From Oligoflexales bacterium (GTDB taxonomy: Bacteria; Bdellovibrionota_B; Oligoflexia; Oligoflexales; JAPPIL01), in the NCBI GenBank assembly GCA_965226195.1, contig OZ245333.1:2087127-2151126 (forward strand): DNA of 64,000 bases. Reading direction: 5' to 3'. The position numbers were made by a program, and so were the translations under genes. The notes beneath the pieces were generated by a model. It was not told where the DNA came from, made no database searches, and saw nothing but the letters and a program-made list of their open reading frames with translations. The number at the start of each line of letters is the position of its first letter. Position 1 is the first letter of the stretch. Below are positions 36,947-47,523 of the stretch, in pieces.

Positions 36947-37453
36947 CTAATTAATCTCTCGGTCGAGGACGATGCGCACGTCGCTACTACCACGCTTGAC
37001 CTGTTGCAGTGTGCCAACCAAATCACCGGGTTGGTCTGCCCCACCCTGTCCGTCACGGTCAAGCCGCACCTTGATGTTGAAGGTTGCGGGTGGGTCGCTC
37101 TGCTGTGCCATCAACTGTAAGTTATCCTTCGTAATCGTAAAGCCGTAGTTGCTGTTGCTGGCAAAATCAACATTATCCCGATATGCCCCCCACGGCATAG
37201 AAGAACGGCGTGGCTTATTACCGACAATCGCATCAGCTTCGATAACCGTGATCGGTATGTTGCCTGCGCTAGCGTCACGTAAAATGATAAATATCGTGCG
37301 AGCTGTCTTGCTCTTCTCCAGCAAAGGTGGAGCTATCTCAACCGTGCCGTTGACGTAAATCTTTGTTTCATCGCCAACCAATAATGCGTAGCCTATCGCA
37401 AACAGCACTACTGCACCGAAAAAAATGAAGGAAATGATCTTGATATTCTGCAT
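36947..37453 (-). CDS. Hypothetical membrane-anchored protein
   Basis: 168-aa ORF with an N-terminal TM segment. Confidence 0.45.
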   Translation of the reverse strand: MQNIKIISFIFFGAVVLFAIGYALLVGDETKIYVNGTVEIAPPLLEKSKTARTIFIILRDASAGNIPITVIEADAIVGNKPRRSSMPWGAYRDNVDFASNSNYGFTITKDNLQLMAQQSDPPATFNIKVRLDRDGQGGADQPGDLVGTLQQVKRGSSDVRIVLDREIN

Positions 37454-37462
37454 CAGCCAACC

Positions 37463-38173
37463 TCAAATAATAGCGTAATCCGTGATAATCATGTCCGCAC
37501 CTGCGGCTACTGCCTGCCTTGTCTCTGTGTCATTCGCCGGCAAGTAGGCAACCACCCGTGCCCCTTTATCATGATAACGTGAAAACACCGCGGGATGAAA
37601 TAACAACTTGCCACACAGATGCGCCGAGACCGCATAAGTCTTGCCGCGCGGCAAAGTCAGCAGCGGGGCGACACCGAGCAACATGGCAACCCCAACCAGA
37701 TAGCACTGCGACTTGCGAGCAAAAAATTCAGCGGCGGGAAAAAGAGCCCGCAATTGCCGTTCGTGTCGCTGCCGCTCACATAAAAAAATCGTGCCTTGCT
37801 CAAACAAACTTCGGTCATAGCTTCGTAGTAGGCTGATAGTATGTGCCGCACTCTCTTTCTTGATGTCAAAAATCCACCGCCAGCCACGATAACGGACGAT
37901 AAACTCAGCAAAGAACATCAACTCCGTTCCACAAGGATGACGCAGAGTGCTGACCTCGTCCTTTGTTAATTGCTCGATACATGTGTCGGGCTTGCCCAGC
38001 TTGACCAATGTGCGATCATGGTAGAGCACGATATGTCCGTCCGCCGTGACCCGCAAATCTGTCTCGATAACGTCAAAGCCGGCCTCGCGTGCTGCATCAA
38101 ACGCCGGGCGGGTGTTCTCCGCAAACTTCTGTGTGTAGCCACGATGACTGATCCAAATCGGTCTCTCGCTCAT
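37463..38173 (-). CDS. Glycerophosphodiester phosphodiesterase family protein
   Basis: GDPD motifs ISHRGY...ENTRPAF and VIETDLRVTADGHIVLYHDRTL. Confidence 0.8.
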   Translation of the reverse strand: MSERPIWISHRGYTQKFAENTRPAFDAAREAGFDVIETDLRVTADGHIVLYHDRTLVKLGKPDTCIEQLTKDEVSTLRHPCGTELMFFAEFIVRYRGWRWIFDIKKESAAHTISLLRSYDRSLFEQGTIFLCERQRHERQLRALFPAAEFFARKSQCYLVGVAMLLGVAPLLTLPRGKTYAVSAHLCGKLLFHPAVFSRYHDKGARVVAYLPANDTETRQAVAAGADMIITDYAII

Positions 38174-38216
38174 TCAGTTACTCAATGCTCAAGACCATTC
38201 ACTAGTAACACCGTTC

Positions 38217-39053
38217 TCAAAAAACTCCACATTCTCCAAAGTGATCGGCCTTAACGTTGTCGTCGATGTTGACTAGTGCCACGTAACACTGGTTGTCTTT
38301 GTCAAAAAAATCATCGCTCGGATGTGCGACGAGTTTCATCGTTGGCAGCGGCAAGTGCGAGAAGGCGCTCGCCACAAGCCCATAGCCACTGATATTGCTC
38401 TCGCCTGTGCGTGCCGCGACATACCAAGACCCCTTGTGCCTCGCTGGTATTCCCGGATCGAAGTTGAACTCGATGACAGGTGCACCCCGACTGCCCGGCT
38501 CGGCGTAAATTACCTTCATGTCGTATTTGCCTTCTTCAGAACGCAACGGATGCTTGCGCACTGCATGCTCCTTGCCAGCAGCAACAACACTGACTACTAG
38601 CGATGCCCCCTCAGGCATATCGACACGCAGAAAAATATCTTCAAACTGTGCGGCTTGCTGTCCCGCGTCAAGCTCGGCCATGACTCGTGTGCCAACCTTG
38701 CTCGACCACTCAGGCAGCTCGTTTTTCGGTTCAAGCCACATCAGAATTGCCTCTGGCAATTCTCTGCCATCAGCATCGACGACATGCAAACGCACCCGTT
38801 CGCTGCCTTGTGGCAGCTTGGTATTGCCCAAATTGATGTTGAGATCGAACAATTTGCCAACCCGCTGGACAATGGTTTGACCCGAAGGGATTTTGTCGTA
38901 CTTATGGCCTGTATCATCCGTCTCATCACCATCACCTCTGTTATTCCCCGGTCGTTGCCCTGAATCACCCGCGAGCTTGCTTTCGTTACAAGACACCGCA
39001 ATACAAAGCAACATCAGCGACAATGCAGAAAAAAGTGCAAGTCGATGTTTCAT
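38217..39053 (-). CDS. Hypothetical lipoprotein
   Basis: Start at MKHRLALFSALSLMLLCIAVSC (lipobox). Confidence 0.5.
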   Translation of the reverse strand: MKHRLALFSALSLMLLCIAVSCNESKLAGDSGQRPGNNRGDGDETDDTGHKYDKIPSGQTIVQRVGKLFDLNINLGNTKLPQGSERVRLHVVDADGRELPEAILMWLEPKNELPEWSSKVGTRVMAELDAGQQAAQFEDIFLRVDMPEGASLVVSVVAAGKEHAVRKHPLRSEEGKYDMKVIYAEPGSRGAPVIEFNFDPGIPARHKGSWYVAARTGESNISGYGLVASAFSHLPLPTMKLVAHPSDDFFDKDNQCYVALVNIDDNVKADHFGECGVF

Positions 39054-39104
39054 CGGATAACCCCATTGCATGTAAGTTATGCTGCAGCAAAATAGGAAAA
39101 AGAG

Positions 39105-39180
<76 letters not shown>

Positions 39181-39344
39181 GCAGACTCACTGATAATAGC
39201 AGATTAACATACCGCAGGGAAAGAAAATTAGCAGGCAAAATCACCAGCACCACATTTTTTTCTTGGCTAAGGGATATGACTGTAGTAGTTACCACCCTTT
39301 GAACATCTGACAATCTGCCATCTCCACATAAGGAATCCCTCCTC

Positions 39345-40598
39345 ATGTCTGAGCCTTGTTCCCGCAAAGAGGTATTTGCATGGGCACTTTACGATTGGGC
39401 GAACTCAGCTTTTGCCACGACAGTGATGGCTGGCTTCTTCCCCATCTTTTTCAAAAAATACTGGCATGCAGGCAGCGAGGCAACTGTCTCCACCATGCAT
39501 TTGGGCATGAGCAACTCCATTGCCAGTCTCTGTGTCGCCATCCTTGCTCCTATTCTCGGTGCAGTGGCTGACAATACCAGATCAAAGAAAAATTTTCTGG
39601 GGTTCTTCGCTCTGCTCGGTGTCGTCACCACCGCACTGCTGTTCACTGTTAATCAAGGCGATTGGCTGACCGCGGCTTGCCTTTATGCCCTAGCGACAAT
39701 CGGTTTTCTCGGCGGTAATGTCTTCTACGATGCCATGATTATCAACGTCGCCACTGACAGAAGCATCGACGGTGTGTCGGCATTTGGCTATAGTCTTGGC
39801 TATCTCGGCGGTGGCATTCTCTTTGCTGTCAACGTACTGATGTTCCAGTTTCCCCATTTTTTCGGCTTTGCCGACGGAATTACTGGTGTGAAAGTTTCTT
39901 TCCCACTGGTTGCCATTTGGTGGGGAGTGTTTGCCATTCCGCTGTTCGTGCTGGTCAAGGATCGCAACCCTGACGCGGTTGTCATCGGAACAGCCATCGG
40001 CAAGGGACTCAGTCAGCTGTGGCAAACACTAAAAGAGATTAGAAAACATAAGAACGTCGCGTTGTTCTTGCTCAGTTACTGGGTCTACATCGACGGCGTG
40101 CATACGGTCATCGTGATGGCAATCGACTACGGCATGTCGATCGGATTGGAAGCCAAAGATCTCATTGCCGCGCTGCTGCTTACCCAGTTCGTTGGTTTTC
40201 CCGCGGCGCTCGGCTTTGGCAAGCTTGCCAGCCGTCTTAACGCCAAAATTGGCATACTCATCGCCCTTGCCACCTACTGCGCAACCTCCATCTACGGCTA
40301 TTTTATGGATAGCGCACTGGAATTTTACATCCTTGCCTTCATTATTGGACTGGTGCAGGGCGGGGTGCAGTGCCTGTCACGCTCGCTGTTCGCCACACTC
40401 ATCCCCAAAGAAAACTCCACGCAGTTTTTCGGTTTCTACAACATGATGGGCAAATTCGCCACCATCATCGGCCCTGCCATCATGGGACAAGTAGCCTACT
40501 GGACTGGCAATCCACGTCTATCGATAGCCTTCATCTCGGTGATGTTTGTTGTCGGCGGCTTGCTGCTCTGCACGGTGAAAGTGAAGACAGCTGGCTGA
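39345..40598 (+). CDS. MFS transporter, UMF1/Atg22-like family
   Basis: 417-aa ORF with 12 TM-like segments and the typical N-terminus EVFAWALYDWANSAF. Confidence 0.75.
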   Translation: MSEPCSRKEVFAWALYDWANSAFATTVMAGFFPIFFKKYWHAGSEATVSTMHLGMSNSIASLCVAILAPILGAVADNTRSKKNFLGFFALLGVVTTALLFTVNQGDWLTAACLYALATIGFLGGNVFYDAMIINVATDRSIDGVSAFGYSLGYLGGGILFAVNVLMFQFPHFFGFADGITGVKVSFPLVAIWWGVFAIPLFVLVKDRNPDAVVIGTAIGKGLSQLWQTLKEIRKHKNVALFLLSYWVYIDGVHTVIVMAIDYGMSIGLEAKDLIAALLLTQFVGFPAALGFGKLASRLNAKIGILIALATYCATSIYGYFMDSALEFYILAFIIGLVQGGVQCLSRSLFATLIPKENSTQFFGFYNMMGKFATIIGPAIMGQVAYWTGNPRLSIAFISVMFVVGGLLLCTVKVKTAG

Positions 40599-40978
40599 AT
40601 TGTCTTCACAAGACATGAGTTTTTGTTTTTTGTCAGTTGCTATGCAACTGACGGTAGAGGGGCACGCTGCTTTTCGTTAGCTTTTTGAATGTGGAAAAAT
40701 CGAATCTACTGTAAGTGTCAGACAATGCATGATAATTAATGCTTACCTCCTATGCGTGTCGAGGGTTGCTTGTGCTCCTTGGCAGGAGCCTAACGGAGTC
40801 ACAACAACCATCGCCCGCAAAACAAGAATTGGTGTCGGCAGCCTCGATTTTTCCACCTTCAAAAGCATCAAAGCCGTGTGCCAATCGTCTTGGGTTTGGC
40901 TTTTAGGGAAGGTAAGTGTTGACTGTATGTGTTTTTTGCAGAAGATATAGAACTGGTGTTCTTTTAGGAGTGCTAAGT

Positions 40979-41881
40979 ATGCAAGCTTTTGCAGGTTTGA
41001 CAAATACGGACATCGTACAAGTCGAGAGGCTTGGTCTACAGTGGCAGCGAGGCAAGGTGTGTGACATCGTCAGCAATGACAAGGAGATGTTGCTCATTTA
41101 CAGCGATCGGCTTAGTGCTTTCGATCGACATGTCGGGTTGGTGGCTGGTAAGGGCATCTCGTCGGCAGCCATGAGTGATTTTTGGTTTTCTCGACTATCT
41201 GATATTGCCCATCATTTTTGTGGACGCGTGCAGCCGCGGGTAATAAAGGTGCGCAAGACCGAGCCGATCAAGCTAGAAGTTATCGTGCGTGGCTACCTTG
41301 CCGGCAGCATGGAGCGTGCTTATCAGCGCGGTGCACGTAATTTCTGTGGCATTGAACTTGCTGCTGGACTTAGCCCTTATGTGCAATTGCCAGCTCCCAT
41401 CGTTACACCAACCACCAAAGAGGACGATCACGATCGCAACCTCAGTGCCGCGCAACTCATCGCCGCGGGGCTATGTTCTGCCGCAGAATGGCAACAGATC
41501 GAGACAACTGCCCTCCAGCTCTACCAACTCGGCAACACCTGTTATCGTCAACATGGCTACCTACTCGTCGATACCAAGTATGAGTTTGGACGTGCTGACG
41601 GCGAGATACTGCTAATCGACGAACTGCACAGCCAAGACTCCAGCCGCCTATGGCTGGCGGACTCGTATGCCCAACGCTTGCAAGCAGGACTTGTCCCTCA
41701 AGCAGTGGACAAGGACATCGCCCGTCGTTGGCTACTGGAGAACGGGAAAGATAAGACCGTGCCGGCGGAAGTGCTCGATCAACTCGGCCGCGAGTATCAA
41801 CAACTAACTGCACAGCTCACTGAGGTTACGCACACACCTTGTGCCCCACCTGACTACAAGCTGTGTGAACTGCTGCTGTAG
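40979..41881 (+). CDS. purC: Phosphoribosylaminoimidazole-succinocarboxamide (SAICAR) synthase
   Basis: Motifs GKVCDI, YSDRLSAFD, EVIVRGYLAGS, PIVTPTTKE..HD and LVDTKYEFG..DELHSQDSSRLW. The ATG at 40979 is preceded by AGGAG. Confidence 0.85.
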   Translation: MQAFAGLTNTDIVQVERLGLQWQRGKVCDIVSNDKEMLLIYSDRLSAFDRHVGLVAGKGISSAAMSDFWFSRLSDIAHHFCGRVQPRVIKVRKTEPIKLEVIVRGYLAGSMERAYQRGARNFCGIELAAGLSPYVQLPAPIVTPTTKEDDHDRNLSAAQLIAAGLCSAAEWQQIETTALQLYQLGNTCYRQHGYLLVDTKYEFGRADGEILLIDELHSQDSSRLWLADSYAQRLQAGLVPQAVDKDIARRWLLENGKDKTVPAEVLDQLGREYQQLTAQLTEVTHTPCAPPDYKLCELLL

Positions 41882-42009
41882 CTTTCGCCGCTCACCCAAA
41901 GAAAAACACTGCTTTGCCTTTGCCCCATCTAATTTTCAGGAGAATATCCTATCGTGGCATGCGATAAATTCTGCCCAGTGCGAGAACCGATCTCGCACCA
42001 TGCACAAAC

Positions 42010-42705
42010 CTAGATGGTAGCTCCTCCATACCTTGTGGTCAAAGCTTGCTTAATTGCTACCCACTCGTCAAGCACTTTACCTCTTATGTTCTGCTCTAGC
42101 GGTGCAGCATCAATTGGAACATCCCCTCTCTGGCGGTAGAATGTTCTTATGGCAGTCTCTATCTGTTCCGACAGCGGTTCAGACCAGTCGGCAAATTCTT
42201 TCTTTAACTGATCCATCTGTTCCAGATAAAAACCATAATTCAAGCTACGCAAGCGACCTGTGCTTGCTTCATTTGGTATTTTGGTGGAGCCACTAATCAT
42301 AGTTCTTAAGGCTGTAAATTCTTTGCGGGTAGCTTCCAGAGTGCTGCGCAAGTTTGCCAAGCGTTCTGCGAGTTGATCAACATCAGCACTGTTTGATAAT
42401 CTTGTGACCCGAACAGCAATCTCGTTTTTTGGAACCTGCACGCGGTAACCCTTGATAAGTTTCCTGACCACATCGTAGTTGCCGGCTTCCACCTGCGTTA
42501 TAACAGCAGTACTAACGGTCAAGTCATTGCCCTTACCAATGAGCTTACGCACTAGTTGTCGAGCCTCATTGAGCCTGCCTTTGTTGAGCAAACGCGAGAA
42601 AGTAGCTGCCGCTGACAACTCGCTGCTAACAGGCTCTTGCCTAGCAATCGGCTTGCAAGACGTACACGCGACCACCAACACAACACTAAAACACAAAGCC
42701 CTCAT
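42010..42705 (-). CDS. Hypothetical lipoprotein
   Basis: MRALCFSVVLVVACTSC lipobox-like N-terminus; the remainder looks helical. Confidence 0.45.
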   Translation of the reverse strand: MRALCFSVVLVVACTSCKPIARQEPVSSELSAAATFSRLLNKGRLNEARQLVRKLIGKGNDLTVSTAVITQVEAGNYDVVRKLIKGYRVQVPKNEIAVRVTRLSNSADVDQLAERLANLRSTLEATRKEFTALRTMISGSTKIPNEASTGRLRSLNYGFYLEQMDQLKKEFADWSEPLSEQIETAIRTFYRQRGDVPIDAAPLEQNIRGKVLDEWVAIKQALTTRYGGATI

Positions 42706-43148
42706 CGTCTAGCCACTCCCATGTTAAAAATAAACTTCACAATAATTATCGGAAGTTTTTCTATAACATTAATTTTTTTGTAACGAGACAATCTCATTGA
42801 TAATTCTATCGAGATTGTAGAGTTAGCACACTGGCTCTAAGCATGTAGTTATACTAACAAATGGGAGGACATTGCTACACTGCTAGGCATATTCTTCACT
42901 GGTAGGTCGTGTTGACAATCTGCTTGAAAAACCTGCCTACCACCAAACAAAAATAAATACAGGAAAATCATGATTGCTCCACCATAATGATCTTGCCGCG
43001 TGCCTTCGGCCCACTGCTTACGGGGAGTCTGTACGAAAACTCGACCATAGATAGTGCTTAACATGCTAACTAGTTTATTTTTACAAATAAAGTGTGTGTT
43101 TACTTCCCACGAGGTCGAGTTTCTCGGTAGGACTGCCTCGTGTTAACA

Positions 43149-43877
43149 CTAGACACACCGCCGCAATAACTCTTCACACTGTTCAGTAGGCGGCTCAATC
43201 AACTCTGCCGCAAGCAAGCGCACAACCGCACGTGGCAATTCTTTGCGCAATGTGGCGCTTATTTTGTCTTGCTCGCTGTCTGGCACGATGTCAGCAAGAC
43301 CGCACAAGAACTGTGCATGCGTGCGTCCGGCGCGATAGTCAGGTTCACGCTGTGGGTGTGGCAGCAATGCCTCGATCTTGTCCACCTCTGCACGGTAGAG
43401 CAGCGAAGCCTGATAGAGGAGATAGTTGCGACTGCGAAAGATCGACGTGCCGCCTACCTTGCGTTCTCCCCAAGCAATATCGCTGATACCACGATGGCGC
43501 AAATCGGCCCACGCAGCACAATAGACAGCAAAACTTTCAATCAATGCGGTGTTGATACGCTCAAAGTAGTGCGCATTGTGAAAGTAACGCCCTACCCACA
43601 GCCCTATACTGACGATGATGCAGTACTGGTGCAAGACCACCGCTCCGCCGCCGCCCTTGCGCCGCAAGACAGAAACACCTTGTGCCGCACAGCGTTCCTG
43701 ATAGCACGCAGCCTCAGGGCTATCGCTGTTACCCAACACTACTATGTCGCGCTCAGGTGACCAGACTTGTGTGCAGATTTTTTGCCGACATTGGGCAATG
43801 ACACGGCGATCGATACCACTTGCTATGCTTGTAGGGCTGTTTGTCCGCTTTCTAGCTCCGACCAACGCCCGTATCAC
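43149..43877 (-). CDS. Lipoate-protein ligase/octanoyltransferase (BPL_LplA_LipB) family protein
   Basis: Motifs RRKGGGGAVVLH and GERKVGGTS are typical of the family. The N-terminal residues VGARKRTN are encoded by a repeat-family unit. Confidence 0.5.
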   Translation of the reverse strand: MIRALVGARKRTNSPTSIASGIDRRVIAQCRQKICTQVWSPERDIVVLGNSDSPEAACYQERCAAQGVSVLRRKGGGGAVVLHQYCIIVSIGLWVGRYFHNAHYFERINTALIESFAVYCAAWADLRHRGISDIAWGERKVGGTSIFRSRNYLLYQASLLYRAEVDKIEALLPHPQREPDYRAGRTHAQFLCGLADIVPDSEQDKISATLRKELPRAVVRLLAAELIEPPTEQCEELLRRCV

Positions 43878-43884
43878 GATGAAG

Positions 43885-44313
43885 TCAACTCGAAGTGCTG
43901 TCCAAAGGTCGCAGTGCTTTGGCCAAAATATGCGGATGACCTTTGTTATTGATGCTGACCACGCCGAATACTTTCAGGCGTGTATCGCTCTGAGCATCGT
44001 CCAGTTGCTTGCGTTCCGCCGCTGACAGCTTGGTCAAGTCCACCACTAACTTCGCACTGCTGTCCGCCATCACCAGATACGTACGTTGCTTGCCTACCTT
44101 CTGCAATGCGCCCGCAACAATCACGGGTTTGCCTAGCAATACCCGATTGTTGAGATGCACTTCCTTGATACGCACATAACCAGTATCCGACAACAGCGAC
44201 TGCCCGAAGAGACGAAAACCCCACAAATCAAGCTGCTGCAACGCAACCTGCGAATGCTCACACCCCGCCAGCAGCAGGGGGGCAGCAACAAAAATCAACC
44301 TAAGCATCTTCAT
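43885..44313 (-). CDS. Hypothetical lipoprotein
   Basis: MKMLRLIFVAAPLLLAGC lipobox. Overlaps the rplQ 3' end by a few nt. Confidence 0.45.
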   Translation of the reverse strand: MKMLRLIFVAAPLLLAGCEHSQVALQQLDLWGFRLFGQSLLSDTGYVRIKEVHLNNRVLLGKPVIVAGALQKVGKQRTYLVMADSSAKLVVDLTKLSAAERKQLDDAQSDTRLKVFGVVSINNKGHPHILAKALRPLDSTSS

Positions 44314-44686
44314 TCGTCTCTTTCTCCCAACGAAAATCGACAAACTCGATCGTCACCATCTGCGCCCCATCGCCGGGACGCAAACCGCTACGTAAAATGC
44401 GAGTATAACCACCCTGTCGTTCCTTGAAACGTGGGGCTAAATCATTACACAGCTTGCTGACCGCCTCACGCTCGTGCAGCAGTGCTGCCGCCCGTCGCCG
44501 TGCTGCCAACGTGCCACGCTTGCCCCACGTGACGCACCGCTCGACCACCGGCCGCAACGCCTTCGCCCGTGGCAAAGTTGTCTCAATACTCTCGTGCATG
44601 ATCAAGGCAGTGCTCAAATTGCCCAGCATAGCCCGTCGATGCGCTGTGTCCCGTCCTAGTTTGCTATGTCCGTATAGATGTTTCAT
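44300..44686 (-). CDS. rplQ: 50S ribosomal protein L17 (bL17)
   Basis: MKHLYGHSKLGRDTAHRRAMLGNL... matches bL17 and lies downstream of rpoA. The start is set at the ATG at 44686; the longer ORF prefix is repeat-derived. Confidence 0.93.
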   Translation of the reverse strand: MKHLYGHSKLGRDTAHRRAMLGNLSTALIMHESIETTLPRAKALRPVVERCVTWGKRGTLAARRRAAALLHEREAVSKLCNDLAPRFKERQGGYTRILRSGLRPGDGAQMVTIEFVDFRWEKETNEDA

Positions 44687-44729
44687 GCTTCGCTCCGCTC
44701 GCTGGCTTGTTTGCCGCTTTCTTGCTTCA

Positions 44730-45740
44730 TCAGTGTTTCTGCTGATTATCCATATCTTTGCGGAACTTGTCCGCATCAAACCCGTCGATCGTCATGCCAA
44801 GTGATAAACCCATCTCACTCAAAATATCCTTGATCTCGTTCAGCGACTTGCGCCCGAAATTTTTTGTTTTGAGCATGTCTGTCTCAGAACGCGTAACCAA
44901 CTCGCCAATATACTTGATATCGGCATTTTCAAGACAGTTCGCCGCCCGCACACTTAACTCCAGCGAATCGACGGCCTTGAACAGGTTCTCGTTCAAAGCC
45001 GACTGCCGTTCGGAATCATCGTCGTAGCTCTCTTCCTCTTCCGCCTCATCGAAGTTGATAAAGCAAGTCAGCTGTTCCTTCAGAATCTTTGCGGCATAAG
45101 CAATGGCATCGTCAGGACGCACCGCACCGTTCGTCCACACCTCCAACGTCAGACGGTCGTAATCGGTCATCTGCCCGACCCGTGTATTGGAAACATCAAT
45201 CGCTACCCGTCGCACAGGCGCAAAAATTGAGTCAATGGCAATCATCCCCAATGGCAACTCTTCATCACGGTTGCGATCGGAAGAAAAATAACCCCGTCCA
45301 ATCTTGACCACCATCTCCATCTCAAAATTGCCGTCCTCACCTACTGTCGCAATCAACTGGTCGGGGTTGAGAACCTCGACATCGCCGCTGCTCTCGATGT
45401 CTCCAGCTCGCAACACGCTATTTGCACCGCCTTTGAGATGCACCGTCACTGGCTTATCACCGAGATAGCGCAGGTTGACCTGCTTGAGGTTGAGGATGAT
45501 GTCGGTCACGTCTTCCCGGACACCCTGCAAAGTCGAGAACTCATGATCGACCCCCGGAAGACGCACCGCCGTAATCGCCGCACCGTTGATGCCAGATATG
45601 AGAATACGACGCAGCGAGTTACCAATCGTCGTGCCGTACCCGCGCTCCAGCGGCTTAGCGATAAACTTGCCATACGTATCGTTGAGAATCTCGGCTTCGA
45701 TAGCCCGCGGCTTGATCAGTTCCAGCCAGTTGCGTTGCAT
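44730..45740 (-). CDS. rpoA: DNA-directed RNA polymerase subunit alpha
   Basis: 336-aa ORF with a typical RpoA N-terminal domain (GTTIGNSLRRILIS) and C-terminal domain (LELSVRAANCLE). Confidence 0.95.
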   Translation of the reverse strand: MQRNWLELIKPRAIEAEILNDTYGKFIAKPLERGYGTTIGNSLRRILISGINGAAITAVRLPGVDHEFSTLQGVREDVTDIILNLKQVNLRYLGDKPVTVHLKGGANSVLRAGDIESSGDVEVLNPDQLIATVGEDGNFEMEMVVKIGRGYFSSDRNRDEELPLGMIAIDSIFAPVRRVAIDVSNTRVGQMTDYDRLTLEVWTNGAVRPDDAIAYAAKILKEQLTCFINFDEAEEEESYDDDSERQSALNENLFKAVDSLELSVRAANCLENADIKYIGELVTRSETDMLKTKNFGRKSLNEIKDILSEMGLSLGMTIDGFDADKFRKDMDNQQKH

Positions 45741-45750
45741 AGTTGCTTCC

Positions 45751-46380
45751 TTATTTACTGTAAAGCTCGACGACGAGCCTCTCTTTTACATTCAAGCCGA
45801 GTTCGTCGCGCACAGGTAACGATTTTATTTTACCACACTTTTTGTCCTGATCGGCCTCGCACCAGCTGAGGGCTGGCCGCCTGTTGAATAAATCCGCCGC
45901 AAGCTTCAGCACATCCATCTTTTTACTCTTCTCTCGCACTTCAATCTCATCACCAACCTTTACCTGCAACGCAGGAATGTTGACAACCTTGCCGTTCAAC
46001 TCGATATGCTTCTGCCTCACCAGCTGCCGTGCCTCGTTGCGGCTACGCGCAAAACCCATTCGATAAACAATGTTATCAAGCCGACACTCCAGATTCTTGA
46101 AGAACACCTCCGAGACAATGCCCCGCTCACGGGTCGAACGCTCAAACGTATTACGAAATTGCTTTTCAAGCAAGCCATATACCTGCCGTACTTTTTGTTT
46201 TTCACGCAGTTGCACGCCATACTCCGAAGTCTTCTGTCGTCGCGCTCGCCCGTGCACCCCCGGTGGGTAGGCTCGCCGCTCAAACGCACATTTGTCAGTT
46301 TGACAACGATCGCCCTTCAAGAACAACTTCTGACCACTACGCCGACAAAAACGGCAAACCGCACCCCGATAACGTGCCAT
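45751..46380 (-). CDS. rpsD: 30S ribosomal protein S4 (uS4)
   Basis: [14 protein letters not shown]... matches uS4. The ATG overlaps the rpsK TAA (TAATG). Confidence 0.95.
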   Translation of the reverse strand: MARYRGAVCRFCRRSGQKLFLKGDRCQTDKCAFERRAYPPGVHGRARRQKTSEYGVQLREKQKVRQVYGLLEKQFRNTFERSTRERGIVSEVFFKNLECRLDNIVYRMGFARSRNEARQLVRQKHIELNGKVVNIPALQVKVGDEIEVREKSKKMDVLKLAADLFNRRPALSWCEADQDKKCGKIKSLPVRDELGLNVKERLVVELYSK

Positions 46381-46772
46381 TACACCCGCCTCCTCTTCGG
46401 TGGGCGGCAACCGTTGTGCGGAATCGGTGTCACGTCCTTAATCAGGTTAATCTTCAAGCCTGCCGCGGCGATCGCCCGCACTGCACTTTCACGTCCTGCC
46501 CCTGGCCCCCTGACCAGCACCGCGACGCTCTTCATGCCACAATCCATCGCCTTACGGGCCGCTTCCTCTGCGGCTGTCTGTGCCGCAAAAGGCGTGCTCT
46601 TGCGCGACCCCTTGAAGCCTTTCGTGCCTGCCGAAGCCCAACACACTACCGCACCGTTCACATCGGTGATAGTAATCATCGTGTTGTTGAACGTCGCATA
46701 CACATGCGTCACCCCAATCGGCACGTTACGTTTCGTCCTCTTACGTCTGCCACTGCTTGTTTTCGCTACCAC
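46380..46772 (-). CDS. rpsK: 30S ribosomal protein S11 (uS11)
   Basis: [18 protein letters not shown]...[11 protein letters not shown] matches uS11. Confidence 0.95.
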   Translation of the reverse strand: MVAKTSSGRRKRTKRNVPIGVTHVYATFNNTMITITDVNGAVVCWASAGTKGFKGSRKSTPFAAQTAAEEAARKAMDCGMKSVAVLVRGPGAGRESAVRAIAAAGLKINLIKDVTPIPHNGCRPPKRRRV

Positions 46773-46782
46773 TCAGCTCCTC

Positions 46783-47166
46783 CTACTTAGCGCCAGGTGC
46801 TTTTTTCTTGCCTGCCACTGTTTTGCGCGGCCCTTTGCGGGTGCGGGCATTGGTCTTGGTGCGCTGTCCCCGCACTGGCAACCGCCGTCGATGCCGCAAA
46901 CCACGATAACTGCCCATATCAACCAACCGCTTGATGTTGATAGAAATCTCACGGCGCAAGTCACCCTCGACCATGCAGTCACGATCGATTACCCGCCGCA
47001 AGGCATTGATCTCGTCCGTACTCAAATCGCCTGCGCGTTTATCCGCGGTGATTTTCGCTCGCTCCACCACCTGCGACGCCGTCTTGTGTCCTATACCATA
47101 AATGCCTGTCAAGGCAATGGCGACCTTCTTGTTACCAGGCAGGTCAACGCCTGCAATCCTTGCCAC
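46783..47166 (-). CDS. rpsM: 30S ribosomal protein S13 (uS13)
   Basis: [15 protein letters not shown]...GIYGIG matches uS13. Confidence 0.95.
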   Translation of the reverse strand: MARIAGVDLPGNKKVAIALTGIYGIGHKTASQVVERAKITADKRAGDLSTDEINALRRVIDRDCMVEGDLRREISINIKRLVDMGSYRGLRHRRRLPVRGQRTKTNARTRKGPRKTVAGKKKAPGAK

Positions 47167-47170
47167 AATC

Positions 47171-47284
47171 CTATCCTTGTCGCTGCTTGTGTTTCTTGAC
47201 CACGCAGATCACCCGCAACACACCCTTCCGCTTCACCACCTTGCACTTATCGCAAATTGGCTTCACACTCGCTCGAACTTTCAT
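47171..47284 (-). CDS. rpmJ: 50S ribosomal protein L36 (bL36)
   Basis: Not in the ORF track because it is too short. The reverse complement translates [37 protein letters not shown]. The ATG overlaps the infA TGA (ATGA). Confidence 0.9.
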   Translation of the reverse strand: MKVRASVKPICDKCKVVKRKGVLRVICVVKKHKQRQG

Positions 47285-47523
47285 CTCACCTCCCGCTGTT
47301 TTTTTTCCCGATACACGATACGCCCCCGCTTCAAATCATACGGAGAAATTTCGAGCTTAACACGATCGCCCGGCAAAATCTTGATAAAGTGCATGCGCAT
47401 CTTCCCACTAATATGTGCCAAAATATCATGCCCGTTGTCCAGTTTGACCTTGAACATCGCATTGGGCAACGATTCTCTAACCACTCCGTCAACTTCAAGA
47501 ATCCCCTCTTTAGGCATCGCCAT
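47281..47523 (-). CDS. infA: Translation initiation factor IF-1
   Basis: [34 protein letters not shown]...[16 protein letters not shown] matches IF-1. Confidence 0.95.
   Translation of the reverse strand: MAMPKEGILEVDGVVRESLPNAMFKVKLDNGHDILAHISGKMRMHFIKILPGDRVKLEISPYDLKRGRIVYREKKQREVR

Noticed and set aside
40599-40978. Possible purine or ZTP riboswitch in the ~380-nt leader upstream of purC
   Set aside because: I could not find the conserved ZTP (GGGUCGUGAC...CCGCCUGGGC) or purine-riboswitch core sequences by eye. Only an unrelated 9-bp hairpin (GTCAGTTGC-TAT-GCAACTGAC) is present. A covariance-model scan would be needed.
46006-47199. 397-aa plus-strand ORF, with similar long antisense ORFs at 52601-53158, 53552-54256, 32638-33384 and 3558-4079
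   Set aside because: They lie entirely antisense to unambiguous ribosomal or peptidase genes and have low-complexity Arg/Ser/Pro/Leu-rich translations. They are typical shadow ORFs.
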